Shown in pieces: positions 1 through 11,100 of a stretch of 64,000 nt of DNA. Each line of letters begins with the position of its first letter. Position 1 is the first letter of the stretch. A model generated the notes under the pieces. That model ran no database searches. It saw nothing but the letters and a program-made list of their open reading frames with translations, and was not told where the DNA came from. The position numbers and the translations under genes are program-made. This DNA is from Holosporales bacterium. Lineage in GTDB: Bacteria > Pseudomonadota > Alphaproteobacteria > Holosporales > CAZGKG01. Where the stretch lies: positions 23,119 through 87,118 of the forward strand of contig JBIKIF010000002.1 in the NCBI GenBank assembly GCA_044361745.1. The letters run 5' to 3'.

Positions 1-717
1 ATCGTTTTTTTCAGTTTCTTTGCCATACTCATTTTTTTTAAAGAAAGCCTGCCTCCTGCCAAGCGGACCCCTTTTTCCAGCAAAATTATCTTTGAAGGCT
101 TTGGGAGGGCCCTAACAAACAACGCATTTTGGCACCTCACTCTTATGGTCAGTCTTCTGTTTTCTGGCTATCTGATCTTCCTCTCCAATGCAGCGATTTT
201 TTTTGTCACCCGTTTAGGAGTCCCCAAGCCTCAATTCCCCTTTTATCAGCTTCTGATTTTGAGCTCCTATATTTGTGGCAACCTCACTGCACCCAGCGTC
301 TCTAGACGGTTTTCTGTCGGCACTCTTCAAACGATTGGTTTTTGGGCGATTGCCATCGGTGGCTTTGGACTGGTGGCCATCACGGTGTTGCAATCTGAAA
401 ATGCTCTCCTGTTAACCCTTCCTGTGGCAATGTATTCTTTTGGAGCCGCTTGGGTGCAGCTGCCTTATTTAACCGCTTTGATGTCTATCCTTCCGGATAT
501 CAAGGGGATCGCCTCAAGCCTTCTGACCAGTTTTCGCTTGCTCATCACAGCTGGTCTGGTGGGGGTCGTGGGTTATTTTTACAATGATACTATTGTTCCC
601 GCGACTGTTGGTGTGGCCTTTACCACGATTGTCCCATTGCTCCTGGGGTGGCACTATCGCACTCGGGTCTGTTCCAAGAAAATACGCCCCCAGAAAACCC
701 CTCGAAATCTCCTTTAA
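1..717 (+). CDS. MFS-type transporter, C-terminal part (5' end lies upstream of the window)
   Basis: Frame 1 is open from base 1 to the stop at 715-717. The translation is a series of hydrophobic helices (…LLFSGYLIFLSNAAIFFV…, …IGFWAIAIGGFGLVAITVL…) typical of the second half of Bcr/CflA-like major-facilitator pumps. Confidence 0.55.
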   Translation: MVFFSFFAILIFFKESLPPAKRTPFSSKIIFEGFGRALTNNAFWHLTLMVSLLFSGYLIFLSNAAIFFVTRLGVPKPQFPFYQLLILSSYICGNLTAPSVSRRFSVGTLQTIGFWAIAIGGFGLVAITVLQSENALLLTLPVAMYSFGAAWVQLPYLTALMSILPDIKGIASSLLTSFRLLITAGLVGVVGYFYNDTIVPATVGVAFTTIVPLLLGWHYRTRVCSKKIRPQKTPRNLL

Positions 718-876
718 AGGAGAGGGCGGCACCCTAGCGGCGTCTGAGGGATCCTCAACGAAGCTTGGGCCTTCTTTCGTGATGGGGGGATTTTCAGGTG
801 TGAAATTAAATTTTTTTAAAGTAAATTCTCTCAACAGAGCCTAAACAAACTTCTCAAATACAAGGTATCTTCAGTC

Positions 877-2655
877 ATGATTCAGCCTCCCAATCCCTTG
901 CGTACTTTGCTCACATTTCTATGGTCCGCACGCAAAGATGCGCCTTTGCGTATTTGTGTGGGGCTTGTTTTTATGATTTTAAGTAAGCTTGGGGTCTTAA
1001 TGGTCCCCTTTTTTTATAAAGATCTTGTCAATACAGTCACAAAGCCTGGTTTTGAGTGGGCTGTTTTTGTGGGTCTGCTGTTGAGCTATGGGTCGGTTCG
1101 GTTGCTAGGAGTGGTCCTTTCAGAAGCCCGGGATGTGTTGTTTGTGCCTGTGGAACAAAGGGCCATTCGGACCATCGCTCTTCACATTTTTAAACATCTT
1201 CATCTCTTGAGTTTTCATTTTCACCTGAATCGGAAAACGGGAAGCCTTGCGCAAGTCATTGAACGGGGGACCCGAGCGATTGAAATGTTTTTCCGCTTTT
1301 TTGTGTTTGGTTTGTTCCCGACATTGTTGGAACTTCTGTTGGTGGTTGTCATTGTGGCCTATGTGTACCCAGGATTTTTGGGCGTTATTTTGACGATGAC
1401 AATGGCTGCTTACATTTTTGTGACTTTCAAAATTTCAAGTTGGCGTTTGCGGGTCATGCGGAGCATGAATAGCGCCCAAAATGCAGGGGGAGGCAAGGCG
1501 ATCGATAGCCTTCTGAATTTTGCAACAGTCAAGTATTTTGGGAACAGCGAGAAAGAAGGTGAACGGTACGATGAATCTCTTGCCTTGTATGAGCGATACG
1601 CCATTCAGAGCAAGTGGGGGTTGAGTCTTTTAAATGTGTCACAGGCGGTTGTTTTAACCGTGGGCTTGGTTGGGATTATGTTTGTCTGTGGAGAAAAAAT
1701 TGCCCAGGGTCTTCTGACACCAGGGGATTTTGTTCTGATTACAACGTTCTTGTTGCAAGTGTATTTACCTCTCCATGCCCTTGGGTTCACCTACCGAGAA
1801 ACGCGACAATCGGTTGTGGATATGGGGGATTTGTTTCATCTGCTCCATGAGCCGCTGGAAGAGGGGCACACGCAGCTGCCGCCTCTGGTGTTTGAAAAAG
1901 GGCGTATTGTTTTTGAAAACGTGACATTCGGTTACACACCAGAGAGAACGATTCTCAAAGATATCTCCTTTACGGTAGAGCCTCTTCAGAAGGTGGCGAT
2001 TGTGGGGCCATCAGGGTCTGGAAAATCGACCCTCGTATCTTTGCTGCTTCGCTTTTTTGACCCAGTCTCCGGTGAGATCTCCATTGATGGGCAAAATTTG
2101 CGGAATGTGTCTCGGGAAAGCCTCATCCGTTTGATTGGGGTGGTTCCGCAAGATACGGTTTTGTTTAACGACACACTGTTTTACAACATTGCCTATGGAG
2201 ATTTTTCTGCTGAACCATCCGCTGTTTATGAGGCCTCCCGTCATGCTGCGCTTGATTCGTTTGTCAAAAAGCTTCCGGAAGGATATGAGACGCGGGTCGG
2301 AGAGCGCGGGCTTAAGTTATCTGGTGGGGAAAAACAGCGCGTTGCCATCGCCCGTGCTTTTTTGAAAAAGCCTAAAATTTTGATTTTTGATGAGGCAACC
2401 TCTTCTCTCGATTCCCATACAGAAAAAGAAATTCAGGGGAACTTAGAGTCCCTTGCGGAAGGGCGCACAACGCTTGTGGTCGCCCATAGGTTGTCAACGG
2501 TTGTGAATGCAGACCTCATTCTCGTGATGGATCAAGGGACTTTGGTTGAACGGGGTAACCATGGCGAACTGCTTGCTCAGAAAGGTCTGTACGCCCACCT
2601 CTGGAATCGGCAAAATGACGGGCAGGAGATTCTTGAGCAAGTTTCAAAAGAGTAA
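877..2655 (+). CDS. ABC exporter, fused permease/ATPase, Atm1/HMT1-like
   Basis: 592 aa. N-terminal six-helix TMD, then an NBD with Walker A GPSGSGKST, signature LSGGEKQRVAIAR and Walker B ILIFDEATSSLD. The layout and N-terminal region resemble Atm1-type half transporters. Confidence 0.85.
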   Translation: MIQPPNPLRTLLTFLWSARKDAPLRICVGLVFMILSKLGVLMVPFFYKDLVNTVTKPGFEWAVFVGLLLSYGSVRLLGVVLSEARDVLFVPVEQRAIRTIALHIFKHLHLLSFHFHLNRKTGSLAQVIERGTRAIEMFFRFFVFGLFPTLLELLLVVVIVAYVYPGFLGVILTMTMAAYIFVTFKISSWRLRVMRSMNSAQNAGGGKAIDSLLNFATVKYFGNSEKEGERYDESLALYERYAIQSKWGLSLLNVSQAVVLTVGLVGIMFVCGEKIAQGLLTPGDFVLITTFLLQVYLPLHALGFTYRETRQSVVDMGDLFHLLHEPLEEGHTQLPPLVFEKGRIVFENVTFGYTPERTILKDISFTVEPLQKVAIVGPSGSGKSTLVSLLLRFFDPVSGEISIDGQNLRNVSRESLIRLIGVVPQDTVLFNDTLFYNIAYGDFSAEPSAVYEASRHAALDSFVKKLPEGYETRVGERGLKLSGGEKQRVAIARAFLKKPKILIFDEATSSLDSHTEKEIQGNLESLAEGRTTLVVAHRLSTVVNADLILVMDQGTLVERGNHGELLAQKGLYAHLWNRQNDGQEILEQVSKE

Positions 2656-2968
2656 AGAGTGCCTATTCCGTTCTTTGGGGTTCCATAGCCCTTAATTCAT
2701 CAGGACATCAAAAAGCTCATTTCAGTTAAAAATATTTTTTGACTCAGCTTCTCTTTTTTTGACAAAAAAAGAAAATACAACAATAAAACAGCTAGACTCA
2801 ACAAAAAAAATCTTATAAAAACAGTGTATTAAAAAATTTGTCAAACAAGCATTTTTTTGAAAATTAAGTCAAATTTAATCTGTGATATGTTAGTTTTTAG
2901 GTAAAGAACAAGATGGTGTCTTTTTTGGGGCTTTAAAGAGGTGTTGTGAAAAGAGGAAAGTTTGACCC

Positions 2969-3424
2969 ATGAAGGAAGCATATTTTGATCTCGTGATGTT
3001 GCTGGAGCGCCTCCATCGGCTGTTTCTAGAAATTGCTAAATCGGAGCTTGATCGATTTAACATTCGCGATTTGAGTAGTATTCAAGCAATGATTCTTTAC
3101 AATATAGGGAAGTCCCAACTGACAGTTGGTGAAATTAGCAATCGTGGATATTATCTCGGATCGAATGTTTCTTATAACTTAAAGAAAATGATTGAGAACG
3201 GATACCTTCTGCAGGAGCAATCTCTGCATGATCGACGCTCTAGCCAGGTGCGCCTGACAAGCAAAGGAATGAAGGTCCTAGATAAGCTTGATACCACCTT
3301 GCAAAAACAAGTGGAGAGCTTGATATTTAATGGACTCAAAGATTCAGAAATCCAAATGATGCTCAGCAAAGGTCGCATTCTTGAATCCTTTTGGTCCAAC
3401 ATGTTGGTCAATCATTTTCGCTAA
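2969..3424 (+). CDS. MarR-family winged-helix transcriptional regulator
   Basis: 151 aa. The wHTH pattern LTVGEISNRGYYLGSNVSYNLKKMIENGYL…RRSSQVRLTSKG is typical of MarR-like regulators. An A+T-rich 310-nt leader lies upstream. Confidence 0.6.
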   Translation: MKEAYFDLVMLLERLHRLFLEIAKSELDRFNIRDLSSIQAMILYNIGKSQLTVGEISNRGYYLGSNVSYNLKKMIENGYLLQEQSLHDRRSSQVRLTSKGMKVLDKLDTTLQKQVESLIFNGLKDSEIQMMLSKGRILESFWSNMLVNHFR

Positions 3425-3479
3425 TCCTTATAGCTCATCTCATATCATTGCAGTATGAATTTTTGTGCAGGGGACAGAT

Positions 3480-3628
3480 GAACGACGTCATCCCGGGGCT
3501 AGAGTTTCTGAGAGCTTTCTCGCTTTTGAAATCCTCCAGCCGGGATCTATTTGCAGACTATAGACAGCCTGGAAATGGATAACGATTCAAGGGGCACAGA
3601 AGCCATCCGAAGACTGCCTCTGCTGACC
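3480..3628 (+). repeat. Dispersed palindromic repeat, copy A
   Basis: Aligns by eye with the reverse complement of 31806-31983 over about 150 nt (GACGTCATCCCGGGGCTAGAGTTTCTGA…GCTTTTGAAA…CCGGGATCTATTTGCAGA…CCTGGAAATGGATAACG.TTCAAGG). It fills the convergent gap between the marR-like gene and gatB. Confidence 0.75.
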
Positions 3629-3636
3629 TTGCCATC

Positions 3637-5130
3637 TCAAGCTGAGCCTAATAATTCCTTTAAGAGCTTGTTCAGGAGCGCGGGGTTTCCCCGGCCTTGA
3701 CTGGCTTTCATCGCAAGGCCTACAAAGTACCCGAAGAGTTTGTCCTTCCCGGCGCGATACTCAGCCACTTTCCCAGGTTCGCTGTTGAGGATCTCTTGGA
3801 GCATTTTGAGAAGAGCCCCTTCATCGCTGACTTGTTGGAGTCCTCGTTCCGCAACAATAGTTTCAGGAGAGTCCCCGGTTTCCCACATAACGCTAAAAAC
3901 ATCTTTGGCAATTTTTCCGGAGATCACCCCATGGGCAATCATGTCCAGGAGCTTTGCAAGGGCCTCAGCAGAGACGGGGCTTTCGTCAACGGTTTTGCGC
4001 GACTCATTCAAAGCTCCTAAAAAGTCTCCAAGGATCCAATTCGCCAAGATTTTAGGGGAAGCGTGTGTGAGTGCTTGGGTGCCTTTTTCAAAAAATGCTG
4101 CGATTTCAAGTTCAGAAACTAAGACATCCGCGTCGTAGACAGAGAGGCCAAAGTCTTTGATGAGGCGGGCTTTCTTTTGATCTGGGAGCTCTGGAAGTTC
4201 CGCGTAAATCTCATCGACATATGCTTGGGTTAAAACCAAAGGGGGGAGGTCTGGGTCTGGGAAGTAGCGATAGTCTGCTGCATCTTCCTTGCTCCTCATA
4301 GACCGTGTTTCTCCCCTCGCTACGTCAAATAGCCGGGTTTCTTGGATGATCTCGCCCCCGTTTTCAAGAACATGGACTTGACGAGAGACCTCGTAGGAAA
4401 GGGCTTGCTGGAGGAAGCGAATGGAATTGAGGTTCTTGATCTCCACCCGTGTTCCTAAATCTGCGCCGGGTCGTCGGACAGAAACGTTGGCGTCTGCGCG
4501 AAGGCTTCCTTCCTCCATATTCCCATCGCAGGTCTCAAGACATCTGAGGAGGGCGCGCAATTTTTTGAAATAAAGAGCGGCCTCTTCAATGGTGCGCATA
4601 TCCGGTTCTGAGACAATTTCCATCAGGCCAACACCAGCGCGATTTAAGTCAATAGCAGTGGCGGAGGCGTAAAGATCATGGGAGCTTTTGCCCGCGTCCT
4701 GTTCCATATGAACGCGGGTGATGTGAACACGTTTTGAGGTTCCATCAGATCGCTCAATGTCAAGAAATCCTCCCTCCACAATCGGGCGTTCCAGCTGAGA
4801 AATCTGGTAGCCAGAGGGCAAGTCTGGATAAAAATAATTTTTGCGATCAAATGAGGAGACCAGATTAATGCGCCCTGACAAACCGAGGCCTGTTTTCACA
4901 GCTTGCCTGACACAAAATCCATTGAGAACCGGCAGCTGGCCTGGAAAGGCGGCATCTACATAAGAGACCTGGGTGTTCGGGGCGGCTCCGAACGCGGTGG
5001 GGGCGCGGGAAAATAATTTGGACTGGGAGATAATTTGGGCATGAACTTCAAGTCCGATCACAATCTCCCAAAACCCTGTTCCTCCCGGATATTGAGAGTC
5101 TTCATAGCGAAAAATGCGTTCATCGGCCAC
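3637..5130 (-). CDS. gatB: Asp/Glu-tRNA amidotransferase subunit B
   Basis: 497 aa, GatB-like throughout (…[13 protein letters not shown]…, YqeY-like C-terminal tail). It lies 5 nt downstream of gatA on the same strand. Confidence 0.95.
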   Translation of the reverse strand: MADERIFRYEDSQYPGGTGFWEIVIGLEVHAQIISQSKLFSRAPTAFGAAPNTQVSYVDAAFPGQLPVLNGFCVRQAVKTGLGLSGRINLVSSFDRKNYFYPDLPSGYQISQLERPIVEGGFLDIERSDGTSKRVHITRVHMEQDAGKSSHDLYASATAIDLNRAGVGLMEIVSEPDMRTIEEAALYFKKLRALLRCLETCDGNMEEGSLRADANVSVRRPGADLGTRVEIKNLNSIRFLQQALSYEVSRQVHVLENGGEIIQETRLFDVARGETRSMRSKEDAADYRYFPDPDLPPLVLTQAYVDEIYAELPELPDQKKARLIKDFGLSVYDADVLVSELEIAAFFEKGTQALTHASPKILANWILGDFLGALNESRKTVDESPVSAEALAKLLDMIAHGVISGKIAKDVFSVMWETGDSPETIVAERGLQQVSDEGALLKMLQEILNSEPGKVAEYRAGKDKLFGYFVGLAMKASQGRGNPALLNKLLKELLGSA

Positions 5131-5135
5131 AGGTT

Positions 5136-6620
5136 TTATTCCTTCTGAGTGAATGGCAGCGGAGGAAAAGAAGCGGACTGTTCAAGAATTTCAGCGACTT
5201 GGAGGACGGTTTCCTCGCACCAAGCGCGCCCAATGATTTGGAGCCCCAGGGGGCGCCCGTCCTCTGAAAGAGCAGCAGGGACAGAAATGGCTGGTATACC
5301 TGCGAGGCTTGCAGGGACCGTGAGAACATCGTTGAGATACATGGTCACAGGATCCTGCGGTTCTTCCCCGATTGCAAAGGCACCGGTGGGAGCCGTAGGG
5401 GTCAGCAGAACGTCTACCTCAGAAAACGCGTGGTCAAAGTCTTCTCGAACAAGGCGGCGCACACGCTGAGCCTTTAAAAAATAGGCATCATAATACCCAT
5501 GGGAGAGAGCATAGGTCCCCATCATGATGCGTCGCTTCACTTCTGCACCAAACCCTTCATCTCGGGTCAGGGCGTACATCTGTTCTAAGGTCTCCGCTTG
5601 AGCCCGTTCGCCATAGCGGACACCATCATAGCGGGCCAGGTTGGAGGAGGCTTCCGCAGATGCAACAATGTGATAAATGGGCAGAGCGTATGGCGTATGG
5701 GGAAGAGTGACGGTGACAATTTCAGCCCCCGCTGCCTTGAGCCATGCACACCCTTGCTCCCAAAGGGCGGTCAATTCGCCAGACATACCATCCACCTGGT
5801 ATTCCTTTGGGACGCCAATTTTAAGGCCACGGATGCTTTTTCCAAGGGCCTGGGAAAAAGGGGGGACAGGATGTCTCGAAGACGTTGCTTCGGCAGGGTC
5901 ATGTCCTGCGATCACTTCAAGAAGGGCGGCTGCGTCTGCCACCGTTCGGGTCATGGGGCCTGCTTGATCAAGAGAAGAGGCAAAAGCAACGGTTCCTCTG
6001 CGTGGGCAACGACCGTAGGTTGGCTTCAAACCAACGATGCCGCAGAAAGCTGCGGGCTGGCGGATCGATCCTCCCGTATCTGTCCCTAAAGAGGCAACGG
6101 CAAGGCCTCCGGCAACAACGGCAGCGGAGCCTCCTGAGGATCCGCCTGGGACAAGAGTTTTGTTGTGGTCAGTTGTGGTCCACGGATTCTTGACAGGTCC
6201 AAATGCGCTGGTCAGGTTAGCCGACCCCATTGCGAATTCATCCAAGTTAGTTTTTCCCAGCATGACCGCCCCGCCGTTCCAAAGGCGCTCTGTGATCGCA
6301 GATTCATAAGGGGGCACAAAGTGCGCCAGCATTTTGGAGGCAGCAGTGGTACGTACGCCTTGGGTGCAAAATAAATCTTTAATCCCGAGCGGAAGACCGT
6401 CAAGGGGCAGGCCTTGCCCTTGGGAAAGTCGTTTATCACTGGCATCCGCCTGAGCCAGCGCTTTTTCAGGGGTCAAAGTAATATAAGCGTTCAGATCTTG
6501 CCCCTGGGCGCAGGCGTCTAAATAGGCTTGTGTGAGCTCACGTGCTGAGAAAGAACGTTTTCGAAGGCCATCACGAGCCTGAGTCAACGTCAGTCTTGTC
6601 AAAGAAGCTGTCATCCACAA
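5136..6620 (-). CDS. gatA: Asp/Glu-tRNA amidotransferase subunit A
   Basis: 494 aa with the amidase signature region [14 protein letters not shown]…[12 protein letters not shown]. Adjacent to gatB. Confidence 0.95.
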   Translation of the reverse strand: MWMTASLTRLTLTQARDGLRKRSFSARELTQAYLDACAQGQDLNAYITLTPEKALAQADASDKRLSQGQGLPLDGLPLGIKDLFCTQGVRTTAASKMLAHFVPPYESAITERLWNGGAVMLGKTNLDEFAMGSANLTSAFGPVKNPWTTTDHNKTLVPGGSSGGSAAVVAGGLAVASLGTDTGGSIRQPAAFCGIVGLKPTYGRCPRRGTVAFASSLDQAGPMTRTVADAAALLEVIAGHDPAEATSSRHPVPPFSQALGKSIRGLKIGVPKEYQVDGMSGELTALWEQGCAWLKAAGAEIVTVTLPHTPYALPIYHIVASAEASSNLARYDGVRYGERAQAETLEQMYALTRDEGFGAEVKRRIMMGTYALSHGYYDAYFLKAQRVRRLVREDFDHAFSEVDVLLTPTAPTGAFAIGEEPQDPVTMYLNDVLTVPASLAGIPAISVPAALSEDGRPLGLQIIGRAWCEETVLQVAEILEQSASFPPLPFTQKE

Positions 6621-6962
6621 ATACCCTCTTTTAGCTCACAAAATTTCCTCCTCCACACTACGAAAAGGGGAACACTCTCGCAAGTGGTCTTTTTGAGGAG
6701 CGTGTTTTTTGTAAGGAAAAACACAGAAAATTTTGTCTGGAGGCATTTTATAAACTATTTCGCTCTTCCCTGGGTTGATCAGAGGGAAGGGCGACTATTC
6801 CCGAATAAATTCAATTAAAAAATAGATACGATTAAAAAATGAGTGTCTTTTTTGCAATACTTGTTCTAAAAAAAAGTGTAATAGAAAATTTTATGTTGCT
6901 ATTTTTTTTTTTAAAAAACAATATTACACATGTTATTGTTGTTTTTATTTTGGGAATTTTAA

Positions 6963-7745
6963 ATGAAAAATATGTTGTTTTCAATGGTTCTGTGTTCTGT
7001 GGCACTTCCAGTGTTTGCAAATTCAGGTGTTCAAGCCCCTTTAGAGGTTCCCGCAGGAAAGGGTTTCGGCGGGTTTTCTCTTGGAGGTGTCGTGGGGGGA
7101 TCTTGGGGATCTGACAGTATTGAGGGGAAGTTGGCCGACGGCGCCAATCAATTTCTTCAGGGCATTGCAGGGAGGCCTCTTCCAAAGATAAGCCATCATG
7201 GAATGCTGGGAGGGTTGAACCTGGGGTATGGGCACCAGCTGAAAAATCTCTACATGGGCGTGGATTTAAACATTCTTCTCTCCGGCCGCAAGACAGATCT
7301 CAAAGAGTATTTCTTTGCTCTGGCTGAAAATGTTCTCGAGAGGATTGAAGAAGACGCTGCGCTTGAGATCCAGCAAATATTTAACGGCGCTGAGCTGGAA
7401 GATTATATTGTTGAATTTTCCGCTAAGCAAAGAGCATTTTTTGATTTCGGCGTTAAGTTTGGGTATGTCTGGAATAATAAAATTCTTTTCGGTGTAAAGG
7501 TGGGGCCGACGCTTTCTCTTTATCAGACAAAACAGCATCTCAAAAATGAGGAAGCTCATTCCCAAAACGCCTCTGTGTGGGGGTTTACAGGGGGCCTTTT
7601 TGGGGCTTATAAGCTGAGTGAAAAAACCTCTCTCAGCTTGAACCTCGACTACCGCATCACCAAAACACCCATCGCAGATGCGGACTACATCCGCGTTAAA
7701 ATGAAATCCTTCTCTGTGATGGCAGGCTGGCACTATCATTTCTAA
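6963..7745 (+). CDS. Outer-membrane beta-barrel protein (Omp25/31-like porin family)
   Basis: 260 aa. Signal peptide MKNMLFSMVLCSVALPVFA, glycine-rich alternating strands (GFGGFSLGGVVGGSWG), and a C-terminal aromatic residue (…WHYHF) as in OMP beta-barrels. Confidence 0.55.
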   Translation: MKNMLFSMVLCSVALPVFANSGVQAPLEVPAGKGFGGFSLGGVVGGSWGSDSIEGKLADGANQFLQGIAGRPLPKISHHGMLGGLNLGYGHQLKNLYMGVDLNILLSGRKTDLKEYFFALAENVLERIEEDAALEIQQIFNGAELEDYIVEFSAKQRAFFDFGVKFGYVWNNKILFGVKVGPTLSLYQTKQHLKNEEAHSQNASVWGFTGGLFGAYKLSEKTSLSLNLDYRITKTPIADADYIRVKMKSFSVMAGWHYHF

Positions 7746-7795
7746 GAATGTGTTCGTCTGATTTTTAAGTCTTGCGAAATCTGATTGACAAGAAT

Positions 7796-7833
7796 CCACC
7801 TTCCGTTTAAGGAGGGTGGTTTTTCTTTTTTTT
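7796..7833 (+). terminator. Rho-independent terminator after the OMP gene
   Basis: CCACCTTCC-GTTTAA-GGAGGGTGG forms a 9-bp stem with one G-U pair. It is followed by TTTTTCTTTTTTTT. Confidence 0.6.
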
Positions 7834-8119
7834 GACGGGGATTAGTTTTCTGGTAAAAACTGTAAATTATCTCTGTTCTATTCCTTTTTTTCGTGTTAAG
7901 TTTTGAACCTCTTAGGAGGGTGTCTCGGGACCGTGGGGACAACACGTGTGATAAATTTGATTTTTTTAGAGGCGCGAGACAAGTTGTCCGTTGCTTTATC
8001 TTGTCTTGTTTATAGAGCTTGTCTGCGCGTCCAATTTTTTAGCCGTCTCGTCCGGGAGGGGGTCCCCGTCTCTTGGAACTGTCGGCTCTCTATCTTTAAA
8101 AATCTGTCTGTTTTGAGGA

Positions 8120-11100
8120 ATGAAAGGGGTTCGAATGAGCCAATCTAGTGGAGATTATCAACGCTTGCGGCGCAGTTATTCACGTATTTCCGATGTGGCG
8201 CCCGTTCCCAATTTGATTGAGCTCCAAAAGACGTCTTATGATTTGTTCCTTCAGCAGAAGGTGGATCCTGCGAAGCGCGAAGCGACGGGTCTTGAAGGAA
8301 TTTTGCGGGGAATTTTTCCTATTCAGGATACAAGTGGTCGCTCTCAATTAGAGTATGTGCAGTACGTTTTGGAGGAGCCCAAATATGATTTAATAGAAGC
8401 CCGTCAAAAAGGGGGGACTTACGCCTCTGCTTTGCGGGTGACATTCCGTCTTGTGGTTTGGGATGTGGATGAGGAGACGGGGGCCCGTTCGATTCGCCAT
8501 ATCAAAGAGCAGGATGTGTACATGGGGGATATGCCCCTCATGACAGTCAACGGAACCTTTATGATCAACGGGATTGAGCGGGTGATTGTGTCCCAGATGC
8601 ATCGCTCTCCTGGTGTCTTTTTTGACCATGACAAAGGGCGCGTTCATGCGTCTGGTAAGTTTTTATTTGCCGCTCGGGTGATCCCTTACCGGGGGTCTTG
8701 GTTGGACCTTGAGTTTGATGCCAAGGATTTGTTGTTTGTTCGGATTGACAGGAAGCGTAAGTTTCCAGTCTCCACATTATTGATGGCTTTGGACAGTGCA
8801 GAGACGGCCCAAAAGCGAGCAGAAGGCCATCACTTCGGTGTGGGGGAAGCGCGTGGTATGGACCGGGAAGAAATGCTTCACCGGTTTTATGAGACGGTGA
8901 CTTATGTCTCTCGAGGAGATCAGTGGGAGACAGATTTTATTCCGTCTGCCTGGCGGGGTGTCAAGCTGGTGCGTCCTTTGGTGAATGCGGAGACTGGGGC
9001 TGTTGTGGCTGAAGTGGGAACAAAAGTGGTGGCCCGACTTTTGGCTCAGTTTCAGCGGGAGAATCTGAAGCGCATCTTTGTCCCCCAGGAAGAGATCATT
9101 GGCCGTTATTTAGCCCTTGATTGTGTGAATTTGGAGACCGGCGAAATTTACGCTGAGGCGGGGGATGAGATCACCCCTCAGGTGCTCTCCACTCTGTTGG
9201 CCCAAGGAATGGAGACTCTGTCCGTCTTGAATATTGATCACGTGACGGTGGGCAGTTATTTGCGGGATACCCTTCTTGCAGACAAGAATAGCACCCGAGA
9301 CGAAGCTTTGTTGGATATTTTTCGGATTTTACGTCCTGGGGAGCCGCCAACGGTTGATGCGGCAGAATCGCTGTTCTGGGGCTTGTTTTTTGATCCTGAA
9401 AAATACGATCTTTCCACCGTGGGCCGCGTCAAAATGAACGCCCGTTTAGGGGAAGAGACGCCTGATTCCTTGAGGACTTTGCGTAAAGAAGACATTCTGG
9501 GGATCGTCAGGGTTTTGCTGGAGTTGCGGGATGGGCGCAATGCGATTGACGACATCGATAGTTTGTCTAATCGTCGTGTGCGAGCTGTCGGTGAGCTCAT
9601 GGAGAACCAGTATCGCGCCGGTCTGACACGGGTGGAGAGATTGACACGGGAGCGTATGGGGTCAATTGATTTGGACACAGCGTTGCCTCAAGATATTTTA
9701 AACGCCAAGCCCGTGGCTGCGGTTTTGAGGGAGTTCTTTGGGACCTCCCAGTTGTCTCAATTTATGGATCAGACCAATCCTCTGTCAGAAATCACCCATA
9801 AGCGGCGGATTTCTGCCTTGGGTCCGGGGGGGTTGACCCGTGATCGCGCAGGCCTGGAGGTGCGGGATGTGCACCCCACCCATTACGGGAGAATTTGTCC
9901 TGTGGAAACACCGGAAGGTCCCAACATTGGTTTGATCAATTCCTTGGCGACCTATGCCCTTGTGAATCCTTATGGGTTTATCGAAACCCCGTATCGGCGC
10001 GTCGAAAAAGGCCATGTCACGAATGAAGTGGTTTATCTTTCTGCGATGCAAGAAGGGGACTATGCAATTGCACAAGGGAATGCAACCCTTGATGAGAACA
10101 AAAATCTTGTTGGGGATATGATTAGCTGTCGAAAGGCAGGGGATTATGTCTTGGCGGCACCGGAAGAAGTGGATCTGATTGACGTCTCCCCAAAGCAGAT
10201 TTTGTCTGTTGCGGCGGCTCTGATTCCTTTCGTTGAAAACGATGACGCTTCCCGCGCCTTGATGGGTGCGAACATGCAAAGACAAGCAGTTCCGTTGATT
10301 CATCCCCAGGCCCCTTTGATTGGAACAGGAATGGAGCTGTCTGTGGCTCGGGATTCCGGCGCTCTGGTCATTGCCCAGAGGGGCGGGGTGGTGGATCAGG
10401 TGGATGCGACGCGGATTGTGATTCGAACGGATGGAGAGCCTTCGTCCGAAAATTCCGGCGTTGATATTTACAATCTAATGAAGTTCCAGAAATCCAATGC
10501 AAGCACCTGTATTAACCAAAAGCCGCTCGTCCATGTGGGGGACATTGTCACCCAAGGTCAGGTCATTGGAGACGGGCCAGCCACTGAATTGGGGGAGCTT
10601 GCGCTAGGCCGCAATGTGACGGTTGCGTTTTTGGCATGGAATGGCTGTTGTTTCGAAGATTCGATTGTGATCTCAGAGCGGTTGGTTCAACAGGATGCCT
10701 ACACTTCAATCCATATTGAAGAGTTTGAGGTTGAGGCCCGGGATACCAAATTAGGCAGTGAAGAAATCACAGGGGATATTCCTGGTATCAGTGAAGGGGC
10801 GGCCAGCCGTCTGGATGAATCGGGGATCGTTTACATTGGGGCATCCGTCAAGCCTGGGGACGTTTTAGTGGGGAAAGTCACGCCCAAAGGGGATAACCCG
10901 GTGACGCCTGAGGAGAAACTTCTCCGTGCCATTTTTGGTGAAAAAGCGGCGGATATGCGGGATACGTCCTTGCGCCTGCCTCCGGGATTTTCCGGAACGG
11001 TTGTGGACGTTCGGGTGTTTTCCAGGCGTGGTGTTGATAAAGACGAGCGGTCTATTGCCATTGAACGGGCAGAGATTGCCCGTCTCGTGAAGGACCGGGA

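Noticed and set aside
6621-6962. Search for gatC upstream of gatA.
   Set aside because: No ORF of suitable size or composition on the minus strand. The 117-aa minus ORF at 6832-7185 overlaps the OMP gene and has no GatC features. gatC is presumably elsewhere.
8123-8139. GGGGTTCGAATGAGCC, a tRNA T-loop-like string. A similar GTTCAAATCTCC occurs at 31681-31692.
   Set aside because: Neither has a cloverleaf, acceptor stem or anticodon arm around it. The first is the rpoB start region and the second is the loop and stem of a terminator hairpin. I found no tRNA genes in the window.
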